DNA of 64,000 nucleotides from Trypanosoma brucei (taxonomy: Eukaryota): assembly GCA_000002445.1 (NCBI GenBank), contig CP000068.1:1152001-1216000 (forward strand). Reading direction: 5' to 3'. Positions 41,464-52,639 of the stretch are shown piece after piece. Numbering within the stretch: the first letter of the stretch is position 1; each line of letters begins with the position of its first letter. A program made the translations under genes and the position numbers. A model generated the notes under the pieces. It was not told the origin of the DNA. It worked only from the letters and a program-made list of their open reading frames with translations, and searched no databases.

Positions 41464-42405
41464 ATGAGTTTGAAAGTTAATATTCTCGGACATGAGTTTT
41501 CCAACCCGTTTATGAATGCTGCGGGAGTTCTCTGCACAACAGAGGAGGACTTGCGTCGCATGACGGAGAGCGAAAGTGGTTCACTTATTGGAAAGAGTTG
41601 CACACTCGCCCCTCGTACGGGTAATCCTGAGCCACGCTATTTTGGTTTGCCACTAGGGAGTATTAACTCAATGGGGCTTCCAAACCTTGGTGTCGACTTT
41701 TATTTGAGTTATGCTGCACAGACGCACGATTACAGTAGGAAGCCGCTGTTCCTCTCCATGTCCGGCTTGTCTGTAGAGGAGAGCGTGGAGATGGTGAAGA
41801 AACTCGCTCCGATAACGAAGGAAAAGGGTACCATTCTTGAACTAAACCTCTCTTGCCCGAATGTACCTGGGAAACCACAGGTCGGATATGACTTTGACAC
41901 AACACGTACGTATCTTCAGAAGGTGTCTGAGGCATACGGTTTACCGTTTGGGGTGAAGATGCCACCCTATTTTGATATTGCTCACTTTGACATGGCAGCC
42001 GCCGTGCTAAACGATTTTCCTCTCGTGAAGTTTATCACGTGTGTGAACAGTATCGGGAACGGCCTCGTCATCGATCCAGCCAACGAGACAGTCGTGATAA
42101 AACCTAAGCAGGGATTCGGTGGACTTGGAGGGAAATACGTTCTCCCAACTGCACTAGCGAATGTGAATGCCTTTTTCCGTCGTTGCCCCGACAAGTTGGT
42201 GTTCGGATGTGGCGGTGTTTACAGTGGAGAAGAAGCTTTTCTACACATCCTCGCCGGTGCCTCTATGGTACAAGTCGGCACTGCTCTGCATGATGAAGGT
42301 CCCATCATATTTGCTCGACTCAACAAGGAACTGCAAGAAATTATGACAAACAAGGGGTATAAAACCCTTGATGAGTTCCGCGGACGCGTGAAGACGATGG
42401 ATTGA
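41464..42405 (+). CDS. PYR4: Dihydroorotate dehydrogenase, family 1A (cytosolic, fumarate-dependent type with an active-site Cys).
   Basis: 'NAAGVLCTTEEDL', 'GSINSMGLPNLG' and 'ELNLSCPNVPGKPQ' (Cys catalytic base, hence family 1). From memory, the sequence looks essentially identical to the crystallised T. brucei DHODH (unverified). 313 aa. Confidence 0.95.
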   Translation: MSLKVNILGHEFSNPFMNAAGVLCTTEEDLRRMTESESGSLIGKSCTLAPRTGNPEPRYFGLPLGSINSMGLPNLGVDFYLSYAAQTHDYSRKPLFLSMSGLSVEESVEMVKKLAPITKEKGTILELNLSCPNVPGKPQVGYDFDTTRTYLQKVSEAYGLPFGVKMPPYFDIAHFDMAAAVLNDFPLVKFITCVNSIGNGLVIDPANETVVIKPKQGFGGLGGKYVLPTALANVNAFFRRCPDKLVFGCGGVYSGEEAFLHILAGASMVQVGTALHDEGPIIFARLNKELQEIMTNKGYKTLDEFRGRVKTMD

Positions 42406-43405
42406 GGCATACATGGGTGTTGATGAGCATGCAATTACGCTTAAGAACGTACACACCGACGGATATGGGCTTGTAATAAGGCATACAAAATGCGTTATTG
42501 AGTCTAACATTCTCTGATATAATGTTTAAGTACGAAAACGAGTTAAGGGACGAATTGCGCCGACATGACAAAATGTTCTGCCTCATTATTTATTACTCTG
42601 TAGGGCCACAATTATCCCTCTTTACACATCTTTTCGTGGTTCTTTCTCCCATTTTTCCCCGTTTTGAATTATTGTGTTAATGGAAAATTGTGCCCCTTGT
42701 GAAAGTGGATGCAGAGCAATAAAAAGCATTACATCTCCGATGAAGGTAAGGGGCGAACTGTTGACGTCTGGCTTGTGAATGGCTTATCTCTAACTTGTGT
42801 CTTTCTCGTCCTCTCCATGCTGTTACCTTTGGCACACCTCTATCTTCTTTGTTAGCCCTCAAAACCGTTTTCCCCTTTTTTCATCTATAAGTTAGTTGTG
42901 CACTCAGCACTATTCGTGCAGAATGTAGCTTCTAGTTATGCGCCAGCTTCTCTTTTTATCCAATTTCGTGTACCGACGGCACATCTTCCTATCTTTCAGC
43001 ACGGGGGTTGAAGGCGTTATCGTCGCCACAAGCTTTGCAGATGTTTTACCGCTGTTCCGTGAATTATTTGCGATTGAATGGGAAGCGGAAGGATAGTAGT
43101 TTTATATCTGTTTTTATTTTTTAATGAATATTTGATTGTGTTAGGGAAAGGGTGGATGCCTCAGTGTCAACTTTCGGCCGGTTGTGTGGTGACACGCCAG
43201 CTCCGCTGAATATTTTACATAGCCTTTGCTGCATCGGGTGCCTCATGTGTATACACGGGTCTTACAATGATGTTTTTTTTTGTTTCTTTCATCATAATTA
43301 TCATCAAACTCAATGTATTTACCTGTATTTCTTTTAATTGCTTTTTCCTGATTACTTTTTTTTTGGTGGTACAATAGGGTATCAGAAACCTTTTTAGAAA
43401 TCCTG

Positions 43406-45133
43406 ATGCATGGAGCTTCAGTCGGAGCCACTACTTCGATGCTGTCAGCCGCGGTCGAGTTGGGAACCAGTCAGAGACAGTTGATGCGAACCAGGTGTTT
43501 TCGTTCCGCTTTGCGCTGTGGCTTCAGGGCGGTGCCGCCCCTCTTGTTTACCGATTGCTCGCAATTTCTGCACCAACAACGCAATGCAAGTAGCTTTAAT
43601 AAGTTTGAGGCGGTCTCCTATGCGGGGCGTTCTCGCAATGTGGCTAATGCTTTTAACCCACTAGAGTTAAATTTGTTTGACGATCCGACTGGTGGCCTTA
43701 CTGCTGGTCCTGCGGAGGAGCTTCCATCTACTGATATCGCGAGCCAGGTCCGGCTTTGTGTTGCCACATACTCTCGTCATCACTATTACCTGCTCTTCAC
43801 GCCTTTTGTAGACGTTATGTCGATTGTTTTCCAACTTGGTTTGGCTCCGAATGTGGCGCGACCTGGTGAAGTGATGGCTCGATGGTTCACAGATGCTGTG
43901 GCAACATTACAGAACCCTTCTTGTATGGAAGAGGTGATGGGATCGAAAGCATGGCAACGACTCTGCGAGGGACTTGATAAATTCTATGAAGATGTGGAAC
44001 CGGTAATGCCGCTTACCGCTGCTGTGCGAAAACATGGGCTACCGGAGAACTTGTTGGTACCTTTCATGAGACAACTTGCTATGGATTTGTTGCTACCGGC
44101 GCGCAGGCGAGGAGTTGTGGAGATCTTGCCAGGGTTGATATTAGGTCTTGCTAACGGAAGAGCACCTCCGGAACTTGGGTTTCCGGAGGCTGCGGGAGCA
44201 GCCGCATCGACGTCCACAGCGTTAAAGGGTGCTGCTGAGGAGCTGCAACGAAAGCGAGCCACCATGGCGGCAGATCTCTTCCTTGGTGTAGGGCAGGAAA
44301 CGGGAAACACGGACTTTGCCTACCTTGGTATTCAGCTCCTGCGCGCAAACGACATCGCAGTCCCTTTCCCAAAGCAAAAGCAACTGACCAATGTTTTTTC
44401 CGCTGCGACAAGAATTCAAACAGATTGGCAGATGCGGGTGAGTGGCCAACTTATGGAGGTGCTGCCCAAATGGATGGATTACTACAAAACGGTGTATAGC
44501 GACAACATGCGTGCCATCAAGAAGTTACACGAGAAAAGTGAGACGATACCGGAGCGGGGTAACATCAAAAATCCCGCTGCTTCTCGGGGTAATAAACAAT
44601 CGCAGCAAACCCAAAAAGAGGGAGACGAATCTGACGAAACACGGTGCACCGACGTTGGAAGTGACAATGGCGATGATGGTATGCACGACTACTTCACAAG
44701 CAACCGGAGGGAAAACATTGCTCGTGTTGCCGATCTAGAGAGTCGTATTGAGGAGTGCGTACGGAAGAGAGACATTGAGTGGCGTGACGACGGTGATCAA
44801 TTGTATGGTCGGTTCAAGCGGAAGAAGTCCCTGGCTGCTGGAGGGTCTTTAAAAAATGACGTGACTAGTGAAGACGTGGCGGAAGGAAAGGATCAATCTA
44901 GTGCAAAAGTGGTTGACGCGGAAGGTTTGGTTAAGGCGCAGAGGCAGACAAGTATGGATTTGGGGGATGAGGATTGCGCTGATGTCGCTTCTAGGTTCAG
45001 GGTTTCCACCAATCAGGCACCACCTGAGCACTTAAAAAAAAGTATGGCTGAAGACAACGCGTTCAAGAGCGCCTCGAAATACATTAGGGGAACTATTAAC
45101 AGTTGCGAAGAGGAAGAAATATGGGAACTGTAA
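43406..45133 (+). CDS. Hypothetical protein (575 aa); possible organellar presequence; Asp/Glu/Lys-rich C-terminal half.
   Basis: A long ORF in polycistron orientation with protein-like composition. The N-terminus 'MLSAAVELGTSQRQLMRTRCFRSALRCGFRA' is basic and hydroxylated. No family recognised. Confidence 0.5.
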   Translation: MHGASVGATTSMLSAAVELGTSQRQLMRTRCFRSALRCGFRAVPPLLFTDCSQFLHQQRNASSFNKFEAVSYAGRSRNVANAFNPLELNLFDDPTGGLTAGPAEELPSTDIASQVRLCVATYSRHHYYLLFTPFVDVMSIVFQLGLAPNVARPGEVMARWFTDAVATLQNPSCMEEVMGSKAWQRLCEGLDKFYEDVEPVMPLTAAVRKHGLPENLLVPFMRQLAMDLLLPARRRGVVEILPGLILGLANGRAPPELGFPEAAGAAASTSTALKGAAEELQRKRATMAADLFLGVGQETGNTDFAYLGIQLLRANDIAVPFPKQKQLTNVFSAATRIQTDWQMRVSGQLMEVLPKWMDYYKTVYSDNMRAIKKLHEKSETIPERGNIKNPAASRGNKQSQQTQKEGDESDETRCTDVGSDNGDDGMHDYFTSNRRENIARVADLESRIEECVRKRDIEWRDDGDQLYGRFKRKKSLAAGGSLKNDVTSEDVAEGKDQSSAKVVDAEGLVKAQRQTSMDLGDEDCADVASRFRVSTNQAPPEHLKKSMAEDNAFKSASKYIRGTINSCEEEEIWEL

Positions 45134-45712
45134 GCCCTTTAAATGAATTTTTTTATGTGTGTGTATATGCTCGTGTAAAGTGTGGACAGCCGTATCTCAG
45201 GGCACTAAAACTATTCGTCTTTTTTTTTTAATGCCCGCGTTGATTCTTTGTTGTAATGGTGTCCCTACTGATAATCTGTGTGTTTACATTTCATAAGAAC
45301 CTTCATGGCGACGTACAACGGATAAATTTCCGATTTCGACCGTATGTGCCACTGTTATTGTGTATTTTAGACAGTCCGAATAATGTTGTCCACCATGCAT
45401 CACCGCGTACCAGCGTTTGCACGGGGAATCAGTGTTTAGTTCTCCAGTTATATCGCTTGGGTAAAGAGTCGTGGAAATTTATTCGTCACACTTCCATTTA
45501 TTTGGTATATGTAAATATGCATACACGTAATCTTCTCTTGTGGCATGTTATGTTTTTTTCTGCTTCTTTAGGATTCCTCCACGGTAGTGCAAACTGCGAC
45601 TTGAGTGCACGGATAACAGTACGCAAATAACAGCGGTTATAGTGAGCGAAGGCGTGAGGAAATCCCAACTGACACAGTGCACGTTTGCCGCTTAGCCGGG
45701 TCGCCAAGGTAA

Positions 45713-48388
45713 ATGGGGATAATAGGTCTGCGCAAATTCATTGATTCCTCATCGTGTTCGAAACTCCTTCATATTGATACGCAAGACGAGGATGAAGAGA
45801 CTTTACAGCGCCCACCAGAACGGAATCTGTCGAGGGCCTCAAGCACACTGCAGGATGAATACCAGGGGATTGAAGGTCCTGTGCTCTGCTCAAGTGATAC
45901 AGTTACGCCACACGCGGATCATGTTTTAGTTGATTTGAACTGTATCGTTCACTCCAGTCTTAGAAAAAGTACTGTCAGCGGCGATGTGAGCGCGGCTGGT
46001 GCCGCCTCCATGACGAAGCGCGATCTTATACAAGCGGTGCTGCAACGCCTGCGGTTTCTACTTACGCGTGTAGTTGTTCCAACTGTCTCTCTGACAATTT
46101 GCATTGATGGCCCCGCACCGTACGCCAAGTTGGGCACCCAACGAATGCGCAGGCGTCAAGTTGGACTTCTCGACACCAGTAGTGCACAGCAGTTGTCCTC
46201 TCTTGCCATTACCCCGGGTTCGTTGCTTCTAGTTGAGTTGGAGAATGCGTTGGCGGCACAGTTTAAACTTCGCAACGGGAAGGGCTTCTTAGCGGAGTAT
46301 GTTCCCGTTTTTCTTCATGGTTCGACAGTTGCCGGTGAGGGCGAAGCGAAAATCGCTCGGTCTCTCGCATTCCTCGCTTCGTGTGGTTTCGGGCGCCACT
46401 CGGAAGCTAGTCGTCGGTACAACCCTAATGATACCATAGTTGTTATTGGCAATGACATCGATCTCACGCTCACATGTATTGGTGCCACTCAATATCACAA
46501 TTTCTCCGTGTTAGGCCCATCGTCTATGCATTTGATAGATGTATCAACTCTTCTTTACCGTTGGCTCTACAGTGGCGTCTTAACGGAGAAGCAACAACTT
46601 CCTAGTTGCGGGGAGTTCCGGTTAACTGCACGCGAACTCGCATCAGTTCGCGTGGACTTTGTGTTTCTGTTTCTTCTTAATGGTGGTGATCACTATGCTG
46701 GGGCTGGGGAAGTGGCGCATATCTTGTGGCGTCGGTACCGTACCGTTCGCGGGGCTTCGAGCATGAAGCGCTCGCTTGTTTCTGAGGACCTCTGTTCTGT
46801 TGACGTTGATATGCTGGCCGACGTGTTGCAATCTGGTGAATATACCGGGGATGTGGACACGAAAGTCGGGATGCAACTTCTTAGGGCGACTCTCTGGTCA
46901 CTACAAACGACGGTTTCTGGAGCATGCCCCGATTACCGTTTTGTTCCAAGAATATGCACTGATGCGGGGGGACCGCATCTCAACCATGTGCGGGCTGCAG
47001 TAGCTCACTGCCACCGTAAACGGCGACCTATTTCTTTTATTGCACGAAAGACGTTTACGCGGTGTAGTAGCAGCGACCCCAAGGCTAATGCGCAACTCGT
47101 GGACGACAATGAGAAGTCGCGTCCGCCGCTTCCACTAACGCCCCTGGAAACTCTGGTTGCTCTGATGCCCACAGAGGCATCACTGCCCACAAGCGTCGCA
47201 ACTGCTCTCCGGTCATCCCGAAAGTTTGAGCACATCGCACACGTTCTTGTATCAAGTAATGATGCTCATGCGGTTGCCGACGCTGCTCGTGAGGCCGTAG
47301 AAGCCGCCGATGCATATCTAACGGCCAGCGAAAGATACTTGCGTGATTTCACAGACCCCGTTCAAATCAATGTTCCACAGAAAGCGAAACGTCTTTCCAG
47401 GCATGAGCAACACCGTATGCTGGCGACTACAGGGACGATTACCGTGGAGCAACCCATGCCAGTCGTGCGCCGCGTTCAGATGCCAGAGTCTTTTCGCTAT
47501 CTCGGTGTGGATTATCCGACATACGTGAAGGATTTGATCTTCTTCTCCCCGTTGGATCTCTCTGCTTCTGGTGAAGCGGCAGTGGAAGAAGCGGAAATTT
47601 CTGCTGGTGCCGATACCAGCTGCCACACCACTGGCAACCCGTATTTGGGACACGAAAACAGCAGTTTCATAACTGATATCAAGCACGCTATCATCTCTCG
47701 TGATTGTGTGGCCGGCGTCTCAAAGACGCCTTCCAACATGCGTCGCGTGCCTGCCCACCCCAGTCTTCCTGAAGCTACGTCACTCAAGGAAGTGTGGGCG
47801 GGGAAGAAGCCGGCTAATGTTAAGCAGGCACATCGGGCTGAAGGTGCTGAGAGAAACCGACATGATGGGGCTATGAAAAATGGCACTAATCATCACAATG
47901 AAGGTAAAACCGTAACTGGAGAAAGTATGGAAGAGCTGAGGAGGCACTTCCTTCGCAAGAAAGACAAGGCCTTCGTCAAGGAAGTCAAGCAGTTCCTGGG
48001 AAGCGATGACTTTGATAAGGACTGGGTAGTGCGTGGCAGGAAGAAACCAGAGACACGAGGGAAGGAAAAGCTAGACGCGAAAAAAAATAACAAATCCGGG
48101 AAGAAGAATAGTGTGGTGAAAACTAAGGCTACCAAGCGAAGCAGTACAAAAGGAAACGTTAAGAAGAAGGTTAAAACGAATAAAAAGAAAAGGGGCAGTA
48201 AAGGTAAGCAGTCGACTCCAACACGGGGTGCCGAAATCTCGCAGGCTCCTGCAGAAGGTGACGTACCACCACTCAAGCGCAGCCGAGAGGATTCACAAAC
48301 TGGTGGGAACGAAAACACGCGGCACGATGACTCAAAACCACAGAGCCGAAACAAGCGACAGCGGAAGGTACAGGACCATCAAAGATGA
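45713..48388 (+). CDS. XRN-family 5'-3' exoribonuclease with a Lys-rich basic C-terminal tail. From memory it may be the XRNB paralogue, but this is not verified.
   Basis: N-terminal 'MGIIGLRKFI' (compare XRN 'MGVPxFFRWL'). 'VLVDLNCIVHSS' matches XRN 'YLDMNGIIH'. 'VFLHGSTVAGEGEAKIARSLAF' matches XRN 'LSDANVPGEGEHKIMDYIR'. 'VVIGNDIDLTLTCIG' matches XRN 'GLDADLIML'. The acidic catalytic residues are retained. The C-terminus carries ~25 Lys in the last 100 residues. Confidence 0.7.
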   Translation: MGIIGLRKFIDSSSCSKLLHIDTQDEDEETLQRPPERNLSRASSTLQDEYQGIEGPVLCSSDTVTPHADHVLVDLNCIVHSSLRKSTVSGDVSAAGAASMTKRDLIQAVLQRLRFLLTRVVVPTVSLTICIDGPAPYAKLGTQRMRRRQVGLLDTSSAQQLSSLAITPGSLLLVELENALAAQFKLRNGKGFLAEYVPVFLHGSTVAGEGEAKIARSLAFLASCGFGRHSEASRRYNPNDTIVVIGNDIDLTLTCIGATQYHNFSVLGPSSMHLIDVSTLLYRWLYSGVLTEKQQLPSCGEFRLTARELASVRVDFVFLFLLNGGDHYAGAGEVAHILWRRYRTVRGASSMKRSLVSEDLCSVDVDMLADVLQSGEYTGDVDTKVGMQLLRATLWSLQTTVSGACPDYRFVPRICTDAGGPHLNHVRAAVAHCHRKRRPISFIARKTFTRCSSSDPKANAQLVDDNEKSRPPLPLTPLETLVALMPTEASLPTSVATALRSSRKFEHIAHVLVSSNDAHAVADAAREAVEAADAYLTASERYLRDFTDPVQINVPQKAKRLSRHEQHRMLATTGTITVEQPMPVVRRVQMPESFRYLGVDYPTYVKDLIFFSPLDLSASGEAAVEEAEISAGADTSCHTTGNPYLGHENSSFITDIKHAIISRDCVAGVSKTPSNMRRVPAHPSLPEATSLKEVWAGKKPANVKQAHRAEGAERNRHDGAMKNGTNHHNEGKTVTGESMEELRRHFLRKKDKAFVKEVKQFLGSDDFDKDWVVRGRKKPETRGKEKLDAKKNNKSGKKNSVVKTKATKRSSTKGNVKKKVKTNKKKRGSKGKQSTPTRGAEISQAPAEGDVPPLKRSREDSQTGGNENTRHDDSKPQSRNKRQRKVQDHQR

Positions 48389-49133
48389 CATTTATCTCTA
48401 ACAGTGGCAAGGTGATCGTATGTTGGAGGACAACTGCTCGAACTCGTGGCGGCTCTTGGTGAAGAGAGCGATTTCGCAGAACAAGTATAACGAGGTAAGT
48501 AAAAAATTTATTAAGGTTAACTGGTAAGCGTGCGGAGACGTGTTATCAACTTGCATCTTGTGGTGTGTTGTGCGGTTAGTGAGCAGTGGCATGTATTGCC
48601 ACCAGCGCTTCCTGCTTTCAGGGGAGAAGTAGTACCTTACACACGAATTTCGATTTGTTGATGTTATACGCACCGTTCCTTGCTCCACTTTGTTTCCAAT
48701 TAAGGGGTTACAAAAAGCGTTCTTTCTTTCACCCTGCTTGTTTTTTTTTTTCCTGCGTTCTCTCTGATTTATTTTCGTTGGTGCTTTGCCCGCGAATTTG
48801 ATGGGTTGTGCTGTTACAAAAAGTAGGTTAGGTGAAGGAACAAAATTAGAAAGGAAAAAAGAAGGCACTCAAGGGGAGGCGCAGGTAACTCTGCTGCGGG
48901 GGATTCCATGCGTGTGTGGCTGCTGATCACCTCCGTTTCACTAATAAATTATTAACTGAACTGTATTAGCAGACGAAAAAGCAATTGCGTAGAGTTGTTG
49001 TCGATCATCTTACGGGGGCAGCTGTGTGTGTACCGCGCACCTCTTGTATACTGTGTCATCGAACCGAACAAAAACACAAAGAGAAAAAAGAGAACACATT
49101 CACTTACACAAGGGAGGGAATCCTTGAGGAAGC

Positions 49134-49156
49134 TATATATATATATATATATATAT
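49134..49156. repeat. (TA)n microsatellite abutting the TTLL start codon.
   Basis: ctatatatatatatatatatatatg; the ATG at 49155 is the last unit of the repeat. Confidence 0.9.
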
Positions 49157-50729
49157 GTTCCCTAATACATCGCTGCGACCCGGTGGGGCAGCAAACATTG
49201 GCCTTCGAAGTAAGAAAACTGAGCTCTATGGAGGTGCGAGAGGTGCGAAACCCCTGTCTTCTGCATCATCGGTGTACGGCATGTCGGGTTCTAATGGCTC
49301 CAATTTGCCCCATGCCATCGGAGGGAGCGGCAGGATTACAAATGTTGGGTCAGGGTCACCACCAATCTCTCAAGTCCTTCCTGTAGGTGGCAACTCTCAA
49401 CTTAGTAGCCTACGGGATGGCGATGTGGCCAAGTCAAACCCCGTCCGGTACAGAACTCCGCAGATGCAAATGATCGTAGCTGAACTGAGCGGTGCGCGGC
49501 AGGACGGGCCCATGCTTCGCTACCGAACCGATTTAGATAAACACGTTATTCACTTTGCATTTCGTCGATTTCCACGTAGTGTTGAAATTGTGGAGGATGA
49601 AGAAATTACAGCAGGTGACTGGCATTTCTTTTGGATGAGTGTTGGACGTGTGCGCAGTCTGTTTTCCTCCTCTGAGTATAGGTTGTCTGACTCTCAGATC
49701 ATCAATCACTTTCCCAACCACTACGAGTTGACACGAAAGGATCTCATGTACAAAAATATCAAAAAGTACATAAAGGATCCTAACAACGTACAGTTGAGGA
49801 TGCCGTATAGCTTACCGGAGCAACTCGCCAATGGTGGGGACAATGTGACATACTTGCGATTTGCTGACTGTGTTCCCATCACATACAACATTCCGAACGA
49901 TCTTGCGATGTTTGAGGAGGAGTTCCGTCGGCAACCCGGCTCCACGTGGATAGTGAAACCCACATCCCGCTCTCAGGGCCGTGGAATTTTCCTTATCAAT
50001 CGCCTTTCACAGCTGAAAAAGTGGCTTAAGGAGCGGAAGGAGTTGGATGAATTTGAGGGCGTAATGATGATGAACAGTTTTGTGGTATCCAAGTACATCA
50101 GGGACCCTTTGCTGATCGGCGGGAAAAAATTTGACCTGCGCCTGTATGTCCTTGTTACTTCCTTCAAACCATTGGTGGCCTACCTGCATGATCAGGGATT
50201 TGCACGGTTCTGCGCGACACGGTATGTTGCTAATGCGTTGAGTGATGAGGATCTATGCTCCCACCTCACCAACGTTGCTTTACAAAAGGGTGAGAAAGAA
50301 TATAACGCCTCGCATGGAGGTAAGTGGACGTTGGCAAATCTCCTACTTTTCATTCAAGGTCGTTTTGGTGCGGCTGCTGCCGACTGGTTGATGCATGGCA
50401 TTGAGTTTGTTATCTACCATAGTCTTCGTGCACTGGAATCTGTGATGTTCAACGATCGCCACTGTTTTGAGTTATATGGGTACGACATATTAGTTGACTC
50501 GCAACTTCGACCACATCTTATTGAAGTAAACTCGTCACCGTCGCTGTCTACGACAACCGTCTCCGATCGACTACTTAAGGAGGAGGTATTGCAAGACGTT
50601 CTGCAGGTGGTTTTCCCACCCGATTTTCCATCGAACAACGCAATGCCGTACTGGGAGTATCGCTTGCGGGCGGATTTAACCACCGCACTGCCAACTGGAT
50701 TTCGACTTTTGCAAGTAGGAGAGTGCTGA
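49155..50729 (+). CDS. Tubulin-tyrosine-ligase-like (TTLL) family protein, TTLL9-like polyglutamylase.
   Basis: 'HFFWMSVGRV...QIINHFPNHYELTRKDLMYKNIKKY', ATP-grasp 'TWIVKPTSRSQGRGIFLINR', 'KFDLRLYVLVTSFKPLVAYLHDQGFARFC' and 'YGYDILVDSQLRPHLIEVNSSPSL' are TTL-domain motifs. The N-terminal ~110 residues are G/S-rich low complexity. Confidence 0.75.
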   Translation: MFPNTSLRPGGAANIGLRSKKTELYGGARGAKPLSSASSVYGMSGSNGSNLPHAIGGSGRITNVGSGSPPISQVLPVGGNSQLSSLRDGDVAKSNPVRYRTPQMQMIVAELSGARQDGPMLRYRTDLDKHVIHFAFRRFPRSVEIVEDEEITAGDWHFFWMSVGRVRSLFSSSEYRLSDSQIINHFPNHYELTRKDLMYKNIKKYIKDPNNVQLRMPYSLPEQLANGGDNVTYLRFADCVPITYNIPNDLAMFEEEFRRQPGSTWIVKPTSRSQGRGIFLINRLSQLKKWLKERKELDEFEGVMMMNSFVVSKYIRDPLLIGGKKFDLRLYVLVTSFKPLVAYLHDQGFARFCATRYVANALSDEDLCSHLTNVALQKGEKEYNASHGGKWTLANLLLFIQGRFGAAAADWLMHGIEFVIYHSLRALESVMFNDRHCFELYGYDILVDSQLRPHLIEVNSSPSLSTTTVSDRLLKEEVLQDVLQVVFPPDFPSNNAMPYWEYRLRADLTTALPTGFRLLQVGEC

Positions 50730-52639
50730 AGACAAGGGGATGTGGCTTATTTCGGTGCTAAACCATATTATTCCTGTTCTCCTTCTTCATTCCTCCACCT
50801 CGTGGATCAGTGGAGACGTTAGGGGGTGGAGCAGGCGTGTCAGACAAGAGTGTGTGCTTTCACTATTTTCATGATACGTTGTGTTAACACGTGTTACTCC
50901 GACATGTGTATAACATTTTTTTTTAATCTTTAACTCGCTATTCGCCTGAGCATCGCAGAGAAAGCCGCAACCTTGAGGAATTTGTTTTGAATATTACAAC
51001 CCAAGCAGTAGAGTGCTCAACGATACGATGAAAGGAAGTAAGGCAACGCAGTTTTGGGGGTTGGTGGGTACGGGCCAATCAAGACGACTTAACATTTCTT
51101 GTACAAGTGATGCATCCCGCAATTAACTTTGCTGCCTCCACTTAACAGGTCAGAGAAACCGGCGCTCGTATGCCGAACTTCGCCATGTGAAGTTACTCGG
51201 AACGGGACCGACCCGCGACAATCGACATTTAGGGGCATTGCACCGAACCTAATCGTCGCTTGCGGTTATTATTGTGGCGTGTGATGACGGTGACTAGATC
51301 GCAACCTTTCAATTGTTTTTCATCCGTTTGTGTTGGGTCCCGTGCTGAGTCTCCAAAGGCGTAATCATGACAGCAACGTGTTGTCCTGTAGTGACATGCA
51401 AACCTGTTGGATATAACATCGTCACACGTTTGTGCTAAGGGCCGCCACTCATCTTGAAAAAATGGAGGTGTGGTGCCATATGTAAGGTTAGTCACTAAAC
51501 AGCGAGATGAAACATCAACTGAAAGTGTGAAGTGCGTGCCCACTCGGCTATAGGGAGAAGAAAAGAAACAGAGCGCATAGCTACATATTGCTTATTTCTG
51601 GAATTTCGTTTTGCAGTGGTCATATTTCTTGGTGTGACTACTATCTCGTCGCTGCTGCTGGTAAATTTGAGGTGCGAGGGAAGGAGACATGTGATAGATA
51701 ATGGAAAGGTACCGGGTATATTACCAAACGCACTTGAAGGAGAGGGTAAGCACACTCAGTCCTTCTCCTCCCAGTTGCATGTAATGATCTTCAGGGGGGA
51801 GGTATACGAGGAACCCTTCCTTACAATAATAGAGATGCCGTTGCGGCAGAGAAACCATTGTACAGTAGCAACTGCACGCCCAAATGTATCCCGCTTCCGT
51901 CGTCCCGTTCACCGTGTATTGCGCGGTCACGTACAAATGCAAGACAGCGGGTTCTTTTCTTCGGCACCGGCCAAGTGATAAACTCTGGCTCAGGAGGTGG
52001 AGCGTGAAGGATGGGGAAGTTTGTAGATATCCATAACTTCGCCCTCACTTCATCTGTTACTTTCTTCTAACTTCTTGTGTCGCGCCAGCTTCCCACGGAC
52101 GAGGGTTGTTAATGACGCTAGAGTACCGAAAAGTCGTGAACCTCATCTGCGGGAAGGGTGTGGTTGGGCCACAGGGAAATGATCACCGTACCCGTAATGC
52201 ACGACGGTGAGTGGCAGCCTTTTTGAACGAGTACATGCATGTTCTGAGTGAGTATAGCAAGAGACATATTCTGGCATTTCTTCTTTTGTGTATTCAACGC
52301 CCGGGTGGTAGCGTAGTCTATCTCATAAAACATGATTTAAAGAAGTTTTCTCGATGTTAGTTGCGTTTTTTTTTTTGTGTTGTTATCTCTCTGATGCCAA
52401 CACTCAGTTTCGGTCACTGCGTTATACATTTCTGTACGTAATCTTTGCTCTCACACTCGGCATCGTGACTTAGCTGAATGAGGGCGGTTCTCGTTTCGCT
52501 ATGCTTACTTTGATGCCGAGGTGCGTTGTTGTGAAATTGATACGCCGCCCGTATATGAGTTAGTGTTAAATTACTTCTTTACCTTTCCTCAACTCTCCGT
52601 CGTTTAAAATGCTAATAGGAAGGGAGGTAAGTTCTTACA

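Noticed and set aside
29782-42405. Interpreting the pyr cluster as a bacterial operon or a horizontally transferred island.
   Set aside because: The flanking genes (SPO11, RBX1, XRN, TTLL, KLHDC4) are unmistakably eukaryotic. Polypyrimidine/AG trans-splicing signals precede each gene, and the architecture matches kinetoplastid polycistrons. Only DHODH has a bacterial-like family-1A character, and that is at the single-gene level.
47893-48354. 153-codon minus-strand ORF in the XRN gene's Lys-rich tail region.
   Set aside because: It is the antisense reading of the AAG/AAA-rich coding tail, giving poly-F/L. It is an artefact.
51532-51978. 148-codon + strand ORF in the TTLL-downstream gene-free interval.
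   Set aside because: No protein-like features or motifs. It is retained only as part of the possible-ncRNA finding.
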